Source of the DNA: Octopus vulgaris
Lineage: Eukaryota
NCBI GenBank assembly: GCA_951406725.2
Contig: OX597839.1
Span: forward strand, 14,074,001 to 14,138,000
Direction: 5' to 3'
Length of the DNA stretch: 64,000 nt
Shown here: positions 43,117 to 57,230 of the stretch, piece after piece
How positions within the stretch are numbered: position 1 is the first letter of the stretch
Layout of the letters: each line of letters starts with the position of its first letter
Notes under the pieces: model-generated
What the model was told of the DNA's origin: nothing
Database searches by the model: none
The model's input: only the letters and a program-made list of their open reading frames with translations
Position numbers and translations under genes: made by a program

Positions 43117-45379
43117 TACATTTGAGTTCTCTAGACATCTTAGTGGGTGAGGTTATACTCATGAAATATTGGAGATAGTTCCATTAGAGGCAGATATAGG
43201 TTGTAAACAGTTTTCCAAAGTTCCTTAATGATGATGCACAGTCTTATCACAGATTTTAAAAAACTTATTAGTTTCGAAGAGAAGATGAATCAATCCATAG
43301 TGTAGATTTAAATTTCCAGAGATATGAGGAGGATGATGCACAGACTTATCACAGGTTTTTAAAGACTTATTAGCTTCACAGAAAAGGTGAATTAATCCAT
43401 AGTGAAGATTTACATTTCCAGTGGTAAGATGAGGAATTTCATACTCACAGACGATGTATTTAACCATTATTAATCCACAATCATTTCATGCTATATGATA
43501 AGGTAATTTGCCATGTTATTGCTCTCCGTGCAAAACTGCTATGTTGAGATTTCTAAAGGCTGAAGGAATTTATTTGTGGGGCAAATAAAATAAAATAAAA
43601 TAAAAGAAAAAGGAAAGAGACAAGGAAAAAAGAAAAAGAAAAGGAGAAGAAGAAGAAAGAAGGAAAAGAAAAGGAAAAGAAAAAGAAAAAAGAAAAAAGA
43701 AAGAGAAACGGGGCAAATAAAATAAAATAAAAGAAAAGAAAAAGAAAAAAGAAAGAGAAAAAAGAAAGAGAAATTCTAAGGCATAGAAAAAATAGAAACT
43801 TGTTAAATAACCATATTGAAGTAGGACAAGTTTGTGTCCACGCTAAATTGAAGACCCTAAAATATTTTAAGTGAATAACTGTATAGAATAATCGTAACAA
43901 GATAGGTAGATAAATATAACCGGATCTTTAATAGTATAACATTACTTTTAAGTAGATATCTGCGATTTCTCACACTATACTTATCTTTTTCTTTGTAACT
44001 ACACCTGATTTTAAACATTGGGAAATAAAATAGTATTCTTACATTGCTTAAATGAAAGTTTATTTAATTCTTAATTCTTAAATCTTAATTTTTAGTGTTT
44101 ATTTAATTCTTAAATCTTAATTTTTAATTTTTAATTTTGGAACTTAATCTAGTTTAGGTAACACTACTTTAATAAATTAAGTTACTAAGGCTTAACAATT
44201 CTATTACAGAATTAATTAAGTGAAGAAACTCCCTTGAAAGTAGTATGATAAACTTCAATAAAATAGACAATTCCTTCACACCTTGTTAATTAAATTCTAG
44301 CTTTTGACCGGTAGTCCGTTAATGTATTGATAGTAACGGCTACAATTTTTAAGACAGTAACATGAATAAATAAATAAATAATTTAAATGACCTCTGGTTA
44401 AGGTTGCACTTAGATCCTTTCTCTTATTGTATTTCCTTTTGACGATAGCTTTTGACCCCTCTACCCCTGACCTTGTTTATCTCTTTAAATTCTCTTTAGA
44501 TTCATATCTGCTTTCATCCGTGTCAGGTTGATAGTAAATAGCTGTGTACTGGTCAAAAAAATAATTTTTTCCTCATAGTTCCTGAATTCTTAAAGACTCA
44601 AGCTAACTAAATTATCTACAAATTCTTCTGTATTTGGTCACTTTAAAAACCCCCTCCCGCTAAGTTGTCACAGTATACTCTATATAGGCGCCTTTTCTTT
44701 TCTCCCTATTCCACTTTTTCTTTTTTTCTTTTCCTTTTTCTTTTTTTCTTTTTCTCTTTCTTTTTCTTTTCTATCCTTCTCCCCCGTTTCTCTTTCTTTT
44801 TTCTTTTTTCTTTTTCTTTTCCTTTTCTTTTCCTTCTTTCTTCTTCTTCTCCCTTTTCTTTTTCTTTTTTCCTTGTCTCTTTCCTTTTTCTTTTATTTTA
44901 TTTTATTTTATTTGCCCCACAAATAAATTCCTTCAGCCTTTAGAAATCTCAACATAGCAGTTTTGCACGGAGAGCAATAACATGGCAAATTACCTTATCA
45001 TATAGCATGAAATGATTGTGGATTAATAATGGTTAAATACATCGTCTGTGAGTATGAAATTCCTCATCTTACCACTGGAAATGTAAATCTTCACTATGGA
45101 TTAATTCACCTTTTCTGTGAAGCTAATAAGTCTTTAAAAACCTGTGATAAGTCTGTGCATCATCCTCCTCATATCTCTGGAAATTTAAATCTACACTATG
45201 GATTGATTCATCTTCTCTTCGAAACTAATAAGTTTTTTAAAATCTGTGATAAGACTGTGCATCATCATTAAGGAACTTTGGAAAACTGTTTACAACCTAT
45301 ATCTGCCTCTAATGGAACTATCTCCAATATTTCATGAGTATAACCTCACCCACTAAGATGTCTAGAGAACTCAAATGTA

Positions 45380-45470
45380 TTTTAGCTGATGAGTACGGGA
45401 CACTTTTATCTGCTGCAATTTTTGCAACTTGTAATAAAGCCTGTCTTTGTATGAAACAATTGTACTAAAA
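45380..45470 (+). ncRNA. Type I hammerhead ribozyme with extended stem II
   Basis: TTTTAG-CTGATGA-GTAC[long stem-loop II]GTAT-GAAA-CAATTG-TA-CTAAAA: 6-bp stem I, intact core, palindromic mini stem III, GUA triplet. Confidence 0.82.
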
Positions 45471-45556
45471 ACTAATCCATTCTTGTTGCTTCTTTCTCGT
45501 ATATATATATATATGTATAGTCGCAAAAGAATTATTGATAATTCTTTTGCGACTAG

Positions 45557-46479
45557 AAATCTTGTCTACATTGTTGAATTTACAATCGGACTGAGCAGAA
45601 TCGATGTAGAAAGTTTCTCTGTATAACCTGCTTTGATTGAGGCAGAGTTGTGGAATTCAGCGTTATTATTGAAAAGATCAACATTAGCAGATAATTTAGA
45701 TAACATCGTTAGAGTTATCTAAAAGAATTTCTATCCATTACTCAACATTTAGGGATAGAAATAAACGGAATAGTACCGGTCTCAGCAAACTGATTTGGGA
45801 TTTAAAAGACCACAATGAACAATTTCATTTAGAATGGTTGATTCTCTCAATTTCGATACCATATGACAAAGGCAAGAAATTCTGTCTTCTCTGCAATTCT
45901 GAGCTATTTTTCATTATTTTTTCTAAAAATACTCTAGTAAACACGGTTATAGAGCGAGCATACAGATGTAAGCATTGGCAAAACATACGTTTAGTGCATA
46001 TAAGTAGTCTCTATCATTATATATAATTTAAACTTTAATTTCCTTTAGATTTAACATTCACTATTAATATCCCTACTCTTTCTGTTAGCTACCTATGACG
46101 TTATATCATATAACGTTTTTTTAAACAATATTAATAGCGTTCTGTCAATCGCTATACAAATCCATCATTTTTTGCTAAAATGTCGTATTGACGAGTTTCG
46201 TTTTTTTCACTTTCCTGGGGAGAAGATTGCATTGTTTACACCATTTATTCTTTTGAATAGTATCAGTGAAATTTTCGAAACATGTGTCGAAAATATTTGA
46301 TTACACCTGCGTTAAACTCCATTTATTTATTCATATATTATTCAAAATATTCAACGTAAACACGAAGTTTCTACCTTTATAAACAAGGAGTTACAACACC
46401 TTTACTTGTGAGATTTTTGCTGCTCTGGTAACTATATATTTTTTCCGTGTTAATTGTTAACAAGGTAAAAATACACTCA

Positions 46480-46480
<1 letters not shown>
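45557..46480 (+). mobile_element. 5'-truncated PLE: GIY-YIG C-terminus (+) preceded by an inverted post-RT fragment (-)
   Basis: ~45717-46026(+) reads KRISIHYSTFRDRNKRNSTGLSKLIWDLK...EWLIL...PYDKGKKFCLLCNSE...YRCKH, homologous to 7935-8210. ~45600-45708(-) reads MLSKLSANVDLFNNNAEFHNSASIKAGYTEK, homologous to RISSLSATEDIFKAAAPYYNEALARSGFKDK in the 7027-7617 ORF. Confidence 0.8.
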
Positions 46481-46541
<61 letters not shown>

Positions 46542-46715
46542 GGATTGAATATAGAGAAGACAACAAATGGGTAAATTTAATAAAAACATAAAAACGGACA
46601 ATTAGGCAAAACCAATGTAGATGGAAATTTCGCAGCTGATTCCTCATCACTCAATGTCCAAGACATCCTGGTGGTTTCGCGCCTTTAATACATACATATA
46701 TGCGTACTTTTATGT

Positions 46716-46776
<61 letters not shown>

Positions 46777-47338
46777 TACATACATACATATACACACACA
46801 TCTACATACATACATATATACACACATCCATACTTATATACATGCATACACACATATACATACATACATACAAATACACATGCATGAATACATACATAAA
46901 TACATATATACATACATACATATATACAAACATAAATACATACATATATACATACATACATATATACAACCATACATACATATATATACAAACAAACATA
47001 CATGCATACATACATACATACATATATACAAACATACATACATACAACCATACATACATACATACATACATACATACATACATACATACATACATACATA
47101 CATACATACATACTTTGCCCACGTCAACAAGTATATATGAAATTATTTTCCTCTGACATAACATCGCTGTAGTCTGCATGTTCTGATTAAATTTTGACAT
47201 TGGTCTTAAATCGTTGTCTTACTATCAGATCTTATATATACAAGTACATTTGTATGTATACCTCCCACTCTCCTGTCCCCTCTCTCCATTTCTCCCTCCC
47301 TCCTCTGTATATATATACAGAGAGAGAGAGAGAGAGAG

Positions 47339-47392
<54 letters not shown>

Positions 47393-47618
47393 GGAATTTT
47401 TAAAAAACATAAGACGAAGACAAGTGTGTAAACAACAAACAGGTGTATTAGTTTAACACTTCTTTTCAGTTTCCGACTACCAAATCTACTCACAAGGCCT
47501 TGGTCAACCAGAGCCTAGGCTCTTGAATAGAAAGAAATACGAGAAAGAGAGATTAAAAAAAGCTTAGTGGCTAGCGGTCAGTATGCTTATATATGTATGT
47601 ATGTATATGTATATATAC

Positions 47619-47649
<31 letters not shown>

Positions 47650-47675
47650 TGTATGTATGTATGTATGTATGTATG

Positions 47676-47856
<181 letters not shown>

Positions 47857-48224
47857 TAAACTTACCTGGAAAAGGATGCGTGGCATTCGATCATATAATG
47901 ATATAAATGATATATAAATATATGCATATACACATACATATATGTATATACCTACATATATATGTATATATACATGCATATAGATGTACAGAACATCAAA
48001 AGAACATGGAACACAATGAGAAACGAAAACAAAAGCAAAAACGCAGAAAACGAGACATACAACACAAGGAATATTCCACTTCTTCAGTTGTCCCTGTTTC
48101 ATCTACTTCGCGTTGCGAAGGCAAGGACAATACGCGACTTCTGAAAACAATCCTTCCCACAAAGCAAATTAAATCAAATTTGGGATTTTTTGCTGGGGTA
48201 AAAGCGCCATGTATATATGTATAC

Positions 48225-48262
<38 letters not shown>

Positions 48263-48272
48263 ATATACACAC

Positions 48273-48303
<31 letters not shown>

Positions 48304-48819
48304 AATGCGCATACATATACATGCATATAAGGATAATTATATACATTTCGAATATATATAGATTATATACTAATAACATGTATATATGTACGTATGTATG
48401 CATGCATGTATGCTGGATCGCTGAAATCTACAAGTTTTTTTTCCATTTTCTCTCTCTCTGTTTATTTTCTCTTATTCCTGTCTGTTGAAGAGCATAGGTT
48501 CGAAACGTAAAAGTCTTTTTCATTTTCCCGAGCGACAAACTAATATACTTGCTTGTTATTCATACATACATACATACATACATACATACATACATACATA
48601 CATACATACATACATACATACATACATTCATACATACGTACATACTTTGCCCACGTCAACAAGTATATATGAAATTATTTTCCTCTGACATAACATCGCT
48701 GTAGTCTGCATGTTCTGACTAAATTGTGACATTGGTCTTAAATCTTTGTCTTACTATCAGATCTTATATATACAAGTATTTTGTCTTCTAGTTATTTTTT
48801 TTAATAAATTTTAACCCAG

Positions 48820-48972
48820 ATTTTAACCCAGGCTAAATTACACTCCACAATGACCACAAAGCCGGCAGTAAAAAAGTGCGGGAGATCCAACTGTGGGATC
48901 TGTACGAACATTACAGAAAGATCAGTATACCGATTCGAACAAGGCCAAAATTTTACCATAAGAACTAACTTT
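48820..48972 (+). mobile_element. Fragment of a different PLE (Neptune-like zinc-finger linker)
   Basis: ILTQAKL...KKCGRSNCGICTNI...FTIRTNF resembles the Cys-rich linker preceding GIY-YIG in Neptune-type PLEs (recalled pattern). Confidence 0.55.
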
Positions 48973-49026
48973 AAAAAAAAACAAAGAACGAAGGCAGGTG
49001 TACTTCAGTGAATATCTACTTACTCA

Positions 49027-49077
<51 letters not shown>

Positions 49078-49254
49078 TGCCCCCTCGTTATCGAGTATGG
49101 CCATTGCACGAAGCTTAACTGTTACTGGTGCTGTGATTGAATGAGACTTTTTAGCCCAGCTAAAGATCTATAATGTCTTGTACAGAATTGGCAACTAAAA
49201 CCTTTACCGGTAATAGCCGGCTGTAGTTGTAACTGGGCTTCATGTACCTTTGCA

Positions 49255-49339
<85 letters not shown>

Positions 49340-49401
49340 GGCGGTGCCCCAGCATGGCCACAGCTCATAAGCTGAAACTAGAATCAATCAATCAATCAAT
49401 C

Positions 49402-49435
<34 letters not shown>

Positions 49436-49440
49436 ATATA

Positions 49441-49476
<36 letters not shown>

Positions 49477-49871
49477 TGTATGTATGTATGTATGTATGTA
49501 TGTATGTATGTATATGTGTGTGTGTGTGTGTGTGTGTGCGTGTGTATGTGTGTGTGTGTTAAGGTCTTGTGAGAGGGTTTGTTACACGGAAACTGAAAGA
49601 AGCCCGTCATATAAATGTGTGTATGTCTTTTTATCTGTTTGTCTCCGGCCACTGCATGTATGTATACATGTATGCATGCATGTGTATGTATACATCTATG
49701 CATGTATGTATTCATGTATGTATGTATGCAATTGTGCATGTATGTATGCATGTATGTATGTTTGTAGGCATGTATGTATGTATGTATGTTTGTATGTATG
49801 CATGTGTATGTATTCATGCAAGTATGTATGTATATATATATATATATATATTAGATATGTATGTATGTATG

Positions 49872-49964
<93 letters not shown>

Positions 49965-49969
49965 ATATA

Positions 49970-50002
<33 letters not shown>

Positions 50003-50031
50003 ATGTATGTATGTATGTATATATATATATG

Positions 50032-50116
<85 letters not shown>

Positions 50117-50526
50117 GCATATGTATGTATGTATGTATGTATATATGTTTGTATGTATGTATGTATGTATGTATGTATGTATGTATGTATGTATGTATAT
50201 GTCAAGCAAGAGATAAAGTCTGTGGATTCGGAGTTTTCACAGCAGGGCGCGAAATTTGTATGTTGATGAACAAGCGTATTCATTACATTACGCTCCAACT
50301 CATTTATGGAGAATACGATCGAATGTCGGAATTAGCAAAGTGGAAAATGTACGCACGCAGAGAAAAACAACAATAAATTACAAGTGCAACTCCGAACTTC
50401 CGGACACCGATGATCCGGAATCTCTTATAATCCGCACCAATTTATGAGCAGAAACTCGAAACTCCCCGTGGCCACCATGCACGGTACCTTTATTAATGAA
50501 CTTGTATTGTTTATATTACTGAAGAA

Positions 50527-51370
50527 GGCGGTGAGCTGGCAGAGTCGTTAGCACGCCCGACGAAATGCTTAGCGGTATTTTGTCTGCCGTTACGTTTTGG
50601 GTTCAAATTCCGCTGAGGGTGACTTTGCCTTTCATCCTTTCGGGGTCGATAAATAAAGTATCAGTTTCGCACTGGGGTCGATGTAATCGACTTAATCCGT
50701 GTGTCTGTCCTTGCTTGTCCCCTCTATGTTTAGCCCCTTGTGGGTAGTAAGGAAATATATGTTTTAAAGGCGGCGAGCTGGCAGAAACGTTAGCACGCTG
50801 GGCGAAATGCGTAGCCGTATTTTGTCTGCTGTTACGTTCTGAGTTCAAATTCCGCCGAGGTCGACTTTGCCTTTCATCCTTTCGGGGTCGATAAATTAAG
50901 TACCAGTTACGCACTGGGGTCGATATAATCGACTTAATTCGTTTGTCTGTGCTTGTTCGTCCCCTCTGTGTTTAGCCCCTTGTGGGTAGTAAAGAAATAA
51001 GTATTAATGAACTTGTATTGTTTATGTTACTGAAGAAGGCAGTGAGCTGGCAGAGTCGTTAGCACGCCGGGCGAAATTCTTGGTATTTCGTTTGGCTTCA
51101 CATTCTGAGTTCAACTACCGCCGAGGCAGATTTTGTCCTTTTATTTATTTTTTTTCAGGGTCGATAAATTAAGTACCAGTTACGCACTGGGATCGATGTA
51201 ATCGACTAGTCCCCTTCCCCAAAATTTCAGGCCTTGTGCCTAAAGTAGAAAGGGCTATTTATACTACTGAAGGCGGTGAACTGGTAGAATAGTTAGCACA
51301 CTGGGCGAAATGCTTTGGGACGTTTCGTCCGTCTTTACGTTCTGAGTTCAAATTTCACCGAGGTTGACTT
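50527..51370 (+). mobile_element. Cluster of four copies of SINE family 3; other copies at 24390-24560(+), 31460-31660(-), 31715-31880(-), 54800-55036(-)
   Basis: GGCGG.GAGCTGGCAGA..CGTTAG head, GAGTTCAAATTCC B box, central GCCTTTCATCCTTTCGGGGTCGATAAATTAAGTACC. Confidence 0.85.
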
Positions 51371-53488
51371 GTCATAGAGTTCTCTAGTGTAAACTATAAC
51401 TGGGAAACTGGGAAAGGATTAATCTAAGTGCTTTTATTTTTAATTATGTAACGCGTTCAGTTTGCTGAGGTAAAAATGAAGGACATTCAATATACGGGGC
51501 TAACGCTAAAGAAGGACACAGCAAAGCGATACTTTGTTCAGCTACCAAATGTTAAATAACAGCAAGCTAAAATATGTTTCTTTATTAAGCCACACAGGGC
51601 TGAACACAGACGGGACAAATTACAAAGTATAGCTTTTCTTTTGGGGGGAATGAAAAACAAGAAAAAAAAGAGGGGTAGCTTTTCGATCAAAAGGGATCGT
51701 AAAAATGAAGAAAAAAAACGATCAATAGGGATCGTGTATCACAGAAATGTCATCAAGGGGGAAACAGATAAGGTTTATCCGTGGAAAGAAACGCCTACGG
51801 AAAAGACCACGGTAACCTCGGTCAATAATGTCACATGTTATCACATTTATTTGCAAGTAAGTAACTCTCTGTTTTAAATTTTTCCGGGTTCATAGGATCG
51901 TGCTCAAGGTGGCTTAGTCATTCATACGTGCCATCCTTGCTATATTCACCCATCTTCTTTTGAAACATTCGCTAGACAAAACTTGCCTCTCTACTTTCAC
52001 TTTCCTTTTCAAGTGATACTTGAAGAAGTTGATGAGAGATTGACCAGAGGGGAAAGTATTTGTCTCTAATCCTTTCAGACGCGTCCGTGTATTTCAACAG
52101 TTACATCTCCAGTGGCTTATTTCAAGTTGAACAGACGGAAATGAACTGTTGACTCCGGTCGTATTCTGCCGAGAAGAGATGCCGGACAACTTTCAGTTCC
52201 GGGTCATACACCTGTTGACTGAATTCAGCTTGAAGTCATAACCTGGACATACATATATGCACACATACAAACATATCCATACATAATACATACATACATG
52301 CATGCATACATACATGCCTGCATGCATACATACATGCCTGCATGCATTCATACACACAAGCATGCGTACGTACACGCATAAACACATGCATACACACATG
52401 CGTACATGCATTCATATATGCATATATATATATATATATATATATATGCATGCATACATACATGCATGCATACATACATGCTTGCATGCATACATACATA
52501 TATGCGTGCACACATACGTACATTCATGCATGCATGCATACATACATGCATATATACACATATGCATACATACATGCATACATACACACAAACATATATG
52601 GATCCATATATACATGCATACACATGCATACATACATATATGCGTACATACATACATACATGCATATATATGCATATACTTACATGTATGCATACATTCA
52701 TACACACATACATACACACATACATACATACATACACACACATACATACTTACATACTTACATACACACACATTCGCATGCATACACACATACATATGCA
52801 CATACATACATACACACATACATACATACACACATACATACATACATATATACATACATACGTACACACATACATACTTACACACACATACATACGTACA
52901 TACATACATACATACACACGTACATACACTCATACATACACACACATACATACACACATACATACATACATATACATGCATACATACATACACACATACG
53001 TACATACATACATGCATACATACATACATATACATGCATACATACATACACACATACGTACATACATACATACACACATACATACATATACATGCATACA
53101 TACATACACACATACGTACATACATACATATACACATACATACACACATACATACACACACGTACATACATACACACATACATACATATACATGCATACA
53201 TACACACACACATACGTACATACATACATACATACATACATACATACATACATACATACATACACTCTTCACACGAAATCCATTATCATTTCTGCTAAAA
53301 AAAAAACCAAAGGCTTCGTCCAAGGATTTTCATCTGCTAAAGATCCCAAGGTAACCAGCAATTACTCAATGTAAGAATGTTTACAAGGCAAAAATTGAAA
53401 AAACAACTGCAGTTAAGAAGTCTGTTGATGAGAACTCGAAATACGTTTTAAAACGTATTTAGTGCAAGTCTAAAGAATATCATCATCA

Positions 53489-53545
<57 letters not shown>

Positions 53546-53972
53546 CCTTTTACTCTCTTTTACTTGTTTCGGTCATTTGACTGCAGCCATGCTGGAGCAC
53601 CGCCTTTAATCGAGCAACTCGACCCCGGGACTTATTCTTTGTAAGCCCAGTACTTATTCTATCGGTCTCTTTTTGCTGAACCGCTAAGTTACGGGGACAT
53701 AATCACACCAGCATCGGTTGTCAAGCAATGCTAGGGGGACAAACACAGACACACAAACACACACATATACATATATATATACATCTATACGACAGGCTTC
53801 TTTCAGTTTCCGTCTACCAAATCCACTCACAAGGCTTTGGTCGGCCCGATGCTATAGTAGAAGACACTTGCCCAAGGTGCCACGCAGTGGGACTGAACCC
53901 AGAACCATGTGGTTGGTAAACAAGCTACTTACCACACAGCCACTCCTTATCATTATTATTATTATTATTATT

Positions 53973-54526
53973 GAGTGAGAGAGAAGTGCATGCCATCAAA
54001 GTGACACTGGGGTAAAATATACGAAGCCCGGTATACCCATCATGACTACCCGTCTGATAAGGGGACACTAGGCACATGCATCACAACCATATGTGCGCGA
54101 CATGGTGATCTCATATCAAAATAAACAGCACATGACCTTGCAGGTGGGGCCCAGTTAGAATTTTCTTCAGGTCGAGTAACCCATCCCACTCGAAAGGTCC
54201 CTGAATAAGGGTTGTTTAAGGATGTTGAACGAAACACCCATGTTTCCAGAGGTGAATTATTCAAACCCCAAAGAATCCCTCTCAACACATGGCTATGATG
54301 CTCCCCCACTACTTCTGCTCATGATCAGAGATGCACATATCGTCAGCCACTAAGGGACATGCTCAACTGGTTAAGGTCAAACAACTGACAAGCAAATCTT
54401 TGGTATTGAGCAGAATATTTGCTGTAGCCCTTCTTTTGTACCAAGACAAAACAATGTACATGATAACACTTGCAATCAGTTAAGATCAGAAGCCATGAGA
54501 GCCACTGCCTGGTACTGCATCAGGGC

Positions 54527-54530
<4 letters not shown>
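53973..54530 (-). mobile_element. Second copy of the (AAT)n-inserted element
   Basis: Reverse complement of 14398-14826 with ~130 bp extra internal sequence. Confidence 0.8.
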
Positions 54531-54596
<66 letters not shown>

Positions 54597-55194
54597 CACA
54601 CTCATACATACATAAGTGTATTACTAATATATATTTACATGTATATATATATATATATATGTATACATATATGTATATATACATATATATATATGTATAT
54701 ATACATATATACATGTATATATATATATATAGGTATATACATATATATATATACATATGTACATACATACATATATAATATGTATGTATATGTATAAAAA
54801 TACCTATTTCTTTACTACCCACATGGGCGAAACACAGAGAGCACAAACAAGGCCAGACAAACAGATTAAGTCGATTATATCGACCCCAATGCGTAACTGG
54901 TACTTAATTTATCGACCACCAAAAGGATGAAAGGCAAAGTCGACCTCGGCGGAATTTGAACTCAGAACATAACGGCAGACGAAATACGGCTACGCATTTC
55001 GCCCGGCGTGCTAACGTTTCTGCCAGCTCGCCGCCTTTTTCTTTTTTTTCTTGAGACGTAGCCGAGTCAAAACACAGCAAAAACTGAATGTTTTGGTGTC
55101 ACGAGAAGAGACAAAAGAGAATTCAAACAACGCAAATATTGTATTCTCTGTTCAGCACCTGACGTCTAACTTCGAAATTTAATTTTATATTAAA

Positions 55195-55591
55195 CTAGCA
55201 GTATTGCCCGGCGTTGCTCGGGCTTGTAAGGGAAATAACTATATAAGCATTTTTAGAGAGTTATAGCCCAAAAATAGCAAAAAAATGCATTAAAAATGGG
55301 AAAAAAATGATGGTAAATTTTTTTTTAAATTGTTGACTCATCGTAGACATTTTTAGAGAGTTACTTCCCTTATATAATAGCGAAAAATGCATTAAAATGG
55401 AAAAAAATGATGGTAATTTTTTTTTTAAATCGTAGACTCATCGTAGACGCGCGCTAATACCCAGAAGGGCTCGATATGAATCACGACTATAAGATACTCG
55501 CTTTTGGTTAATCTGCACCGCAAAATGTGGGAGTAGTTAGGAATCGAAATCGTAGGAGACAGACACACAACCTTACTTTTATATATAAAGA
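55195..55591 (-). mobile_element. Non-autonomous Helitron-like element
   Basis: Reverse complement of the 39864-40258 unit type. Confidence 0.8.
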
Positions 55592-55658
55592 TGTTTTTGT
55601 GTGAGCGTGTGGTGATGCAAACAGGGGAAATAGAACTCAAAATATAAGTATATATATA

Positions 55659-56077
55659 TGGATCTTTTCGTTTTGAACGGCAGTTTTTTCTAGTAGTGTC
55701 ATATGAAATTGTAACCCATAATTATGACCCTATTATCGAACTATTGCATTTCAATCTGTTTCAGGGTTAGTGTTAGAGGTGGGGGGAAGTGTATCTTTTT
55801 TTTTTCACAAATGTAAATAAACCCAATCTGTTTCTTAAACGAGGGACATATTCATCCGGCACAGAATGTTTTCACCTCAACAGACGTCATTGATTGGTTG
55901 AAATTGCAGAAATTGAAGGAAAAAAACAACAAATATCTTACAAACCGTAGAATTTTCTCAATAAAGCCAAGAGAAAAAGATGTTTTATAAACACATTCTA
56001 CCAGTATACGAAGTTTAAAAGTGTTTAGTTACGTGGAAATTATTAAAAAAAACTGCCGGTCAAACCGAAAAGATCCC
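55659..56077. mobile_element. Full copy of the GGGATC-TIR MITE
   Basis: Both TIRs present. Confidence 0.85.
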
Positions 56078-56761
56078 AACACTCAAATTCTCAAGTATGG
56101 CTATGAGGTTAAGAAGCTGACCTTGCAGCCAAGAGGCTTCATGTTCAATCCCATTGCTCTTAACTTCACAAAAATGAAAATGTACGTCTTACCCTGGAGT
56201 GACCGTCCATGGATCTTCTTCTTCTCTCTTTCTTTGTCTTTTGCTTCCTTTCTTTCTGTTTTCTTTCTTTCTTTCTTCCTTTCTCTTTTTCTTTCATTCT
56301 TTCTTCCTTTCTCTTGTTCTGTTTCTCCCTCACTCTCAATCTGTTTCTTAAACGAGGGACATATTCAAACGGCACATAATGTTTTCACCTCAATAGACGT
56401 CATTGATTGATTGAAATTGCAGAAATTGAAGAAAACAACAACAAATATCTTACAAACTGTAGAATTTTCTCAATAAAGCCAAGAGAAAAAGATTTTTTAT
56501 AAACACATTCTACCAGTATACGAAGTTTAAAAGTGGAAATTATTAAAAAAAACTGCCGTTCAAACCGAAAAGATCCATATATATATTTTTACTGATATTT
56601 AGCTGAGGCAACAATGTGACTCAAGGACTAGTTTGATAGGTGCTAATGCACGGAGCACGTGCCGCGTGCTTCGTGCGTTTGCACTAAACGTACTAGTTGC
56701 TAGGTTCTAATGCGCGCAACCCGCCAGGCCTAACGAAAAAGACATAAAATGTGCTGGGTCG

Positions 56762-56798
<37 letters not shown>

Positions 56799-57153
56799 TA
56801 AAATCGGTAAGATAACAAAAGAAAGAAAGAGACCTCAATATTATGTAAATAGAGGAAATTTATCTGTAAAATAATATGTGACAATTATTCGGTAGCCAAG
56901 ATAAAACTCGGATCTTTTCGGTTTGAACGGCAGATTTTAAAAATGATTTCCGTGTAACTAAAAAAATTTAATCTTCGTATACTGGTAGAAAGTGTTTATA
57001 AAACATCTTTTTCTCTTGGCTTTACTGAAAAAATTCTATAGTTTGTAAGATATTTTCTTCAATTTCGGCAATTTCAACCAATCAATGACGTCTATTGAGG
57101 TGAAAACGACAAACTCAGAGTTTTATCTTGGCTACCAAATAATTGTCACATAT

Positions 57154-57230
<77 letters not shown>

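Larger units (their letters stand above)
42996..45500. mobile_element. Inverted-repeat structure: ~718-bp arms (42996-43713 and 44782-45500), probably inverted PLE pLTRs
   Basis: The arms are reverse complements; the ORF track shows the identical 80-aa peptide at 43225-43467(-) and 45029-45271(+). Each arm has a hammerhead. The ~1.07-kb AT-rich spacer has no clear ORF. Both ends lie next to (TA)n. Confidence 0.85.

Noticed and set aside
45029-45271. Duplicated 80-aa ORF (also 43225-43467) as a protein-coding gene
   Set aside because: It lies within the inverted-repeat arms and consists of a degenerate internal tandem repeat; no splice or homology support.
51890-52240. Unique sequence that looked exon-like
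   Set aside because: The frames I checked are short or interrupted, with no recognisable homology.
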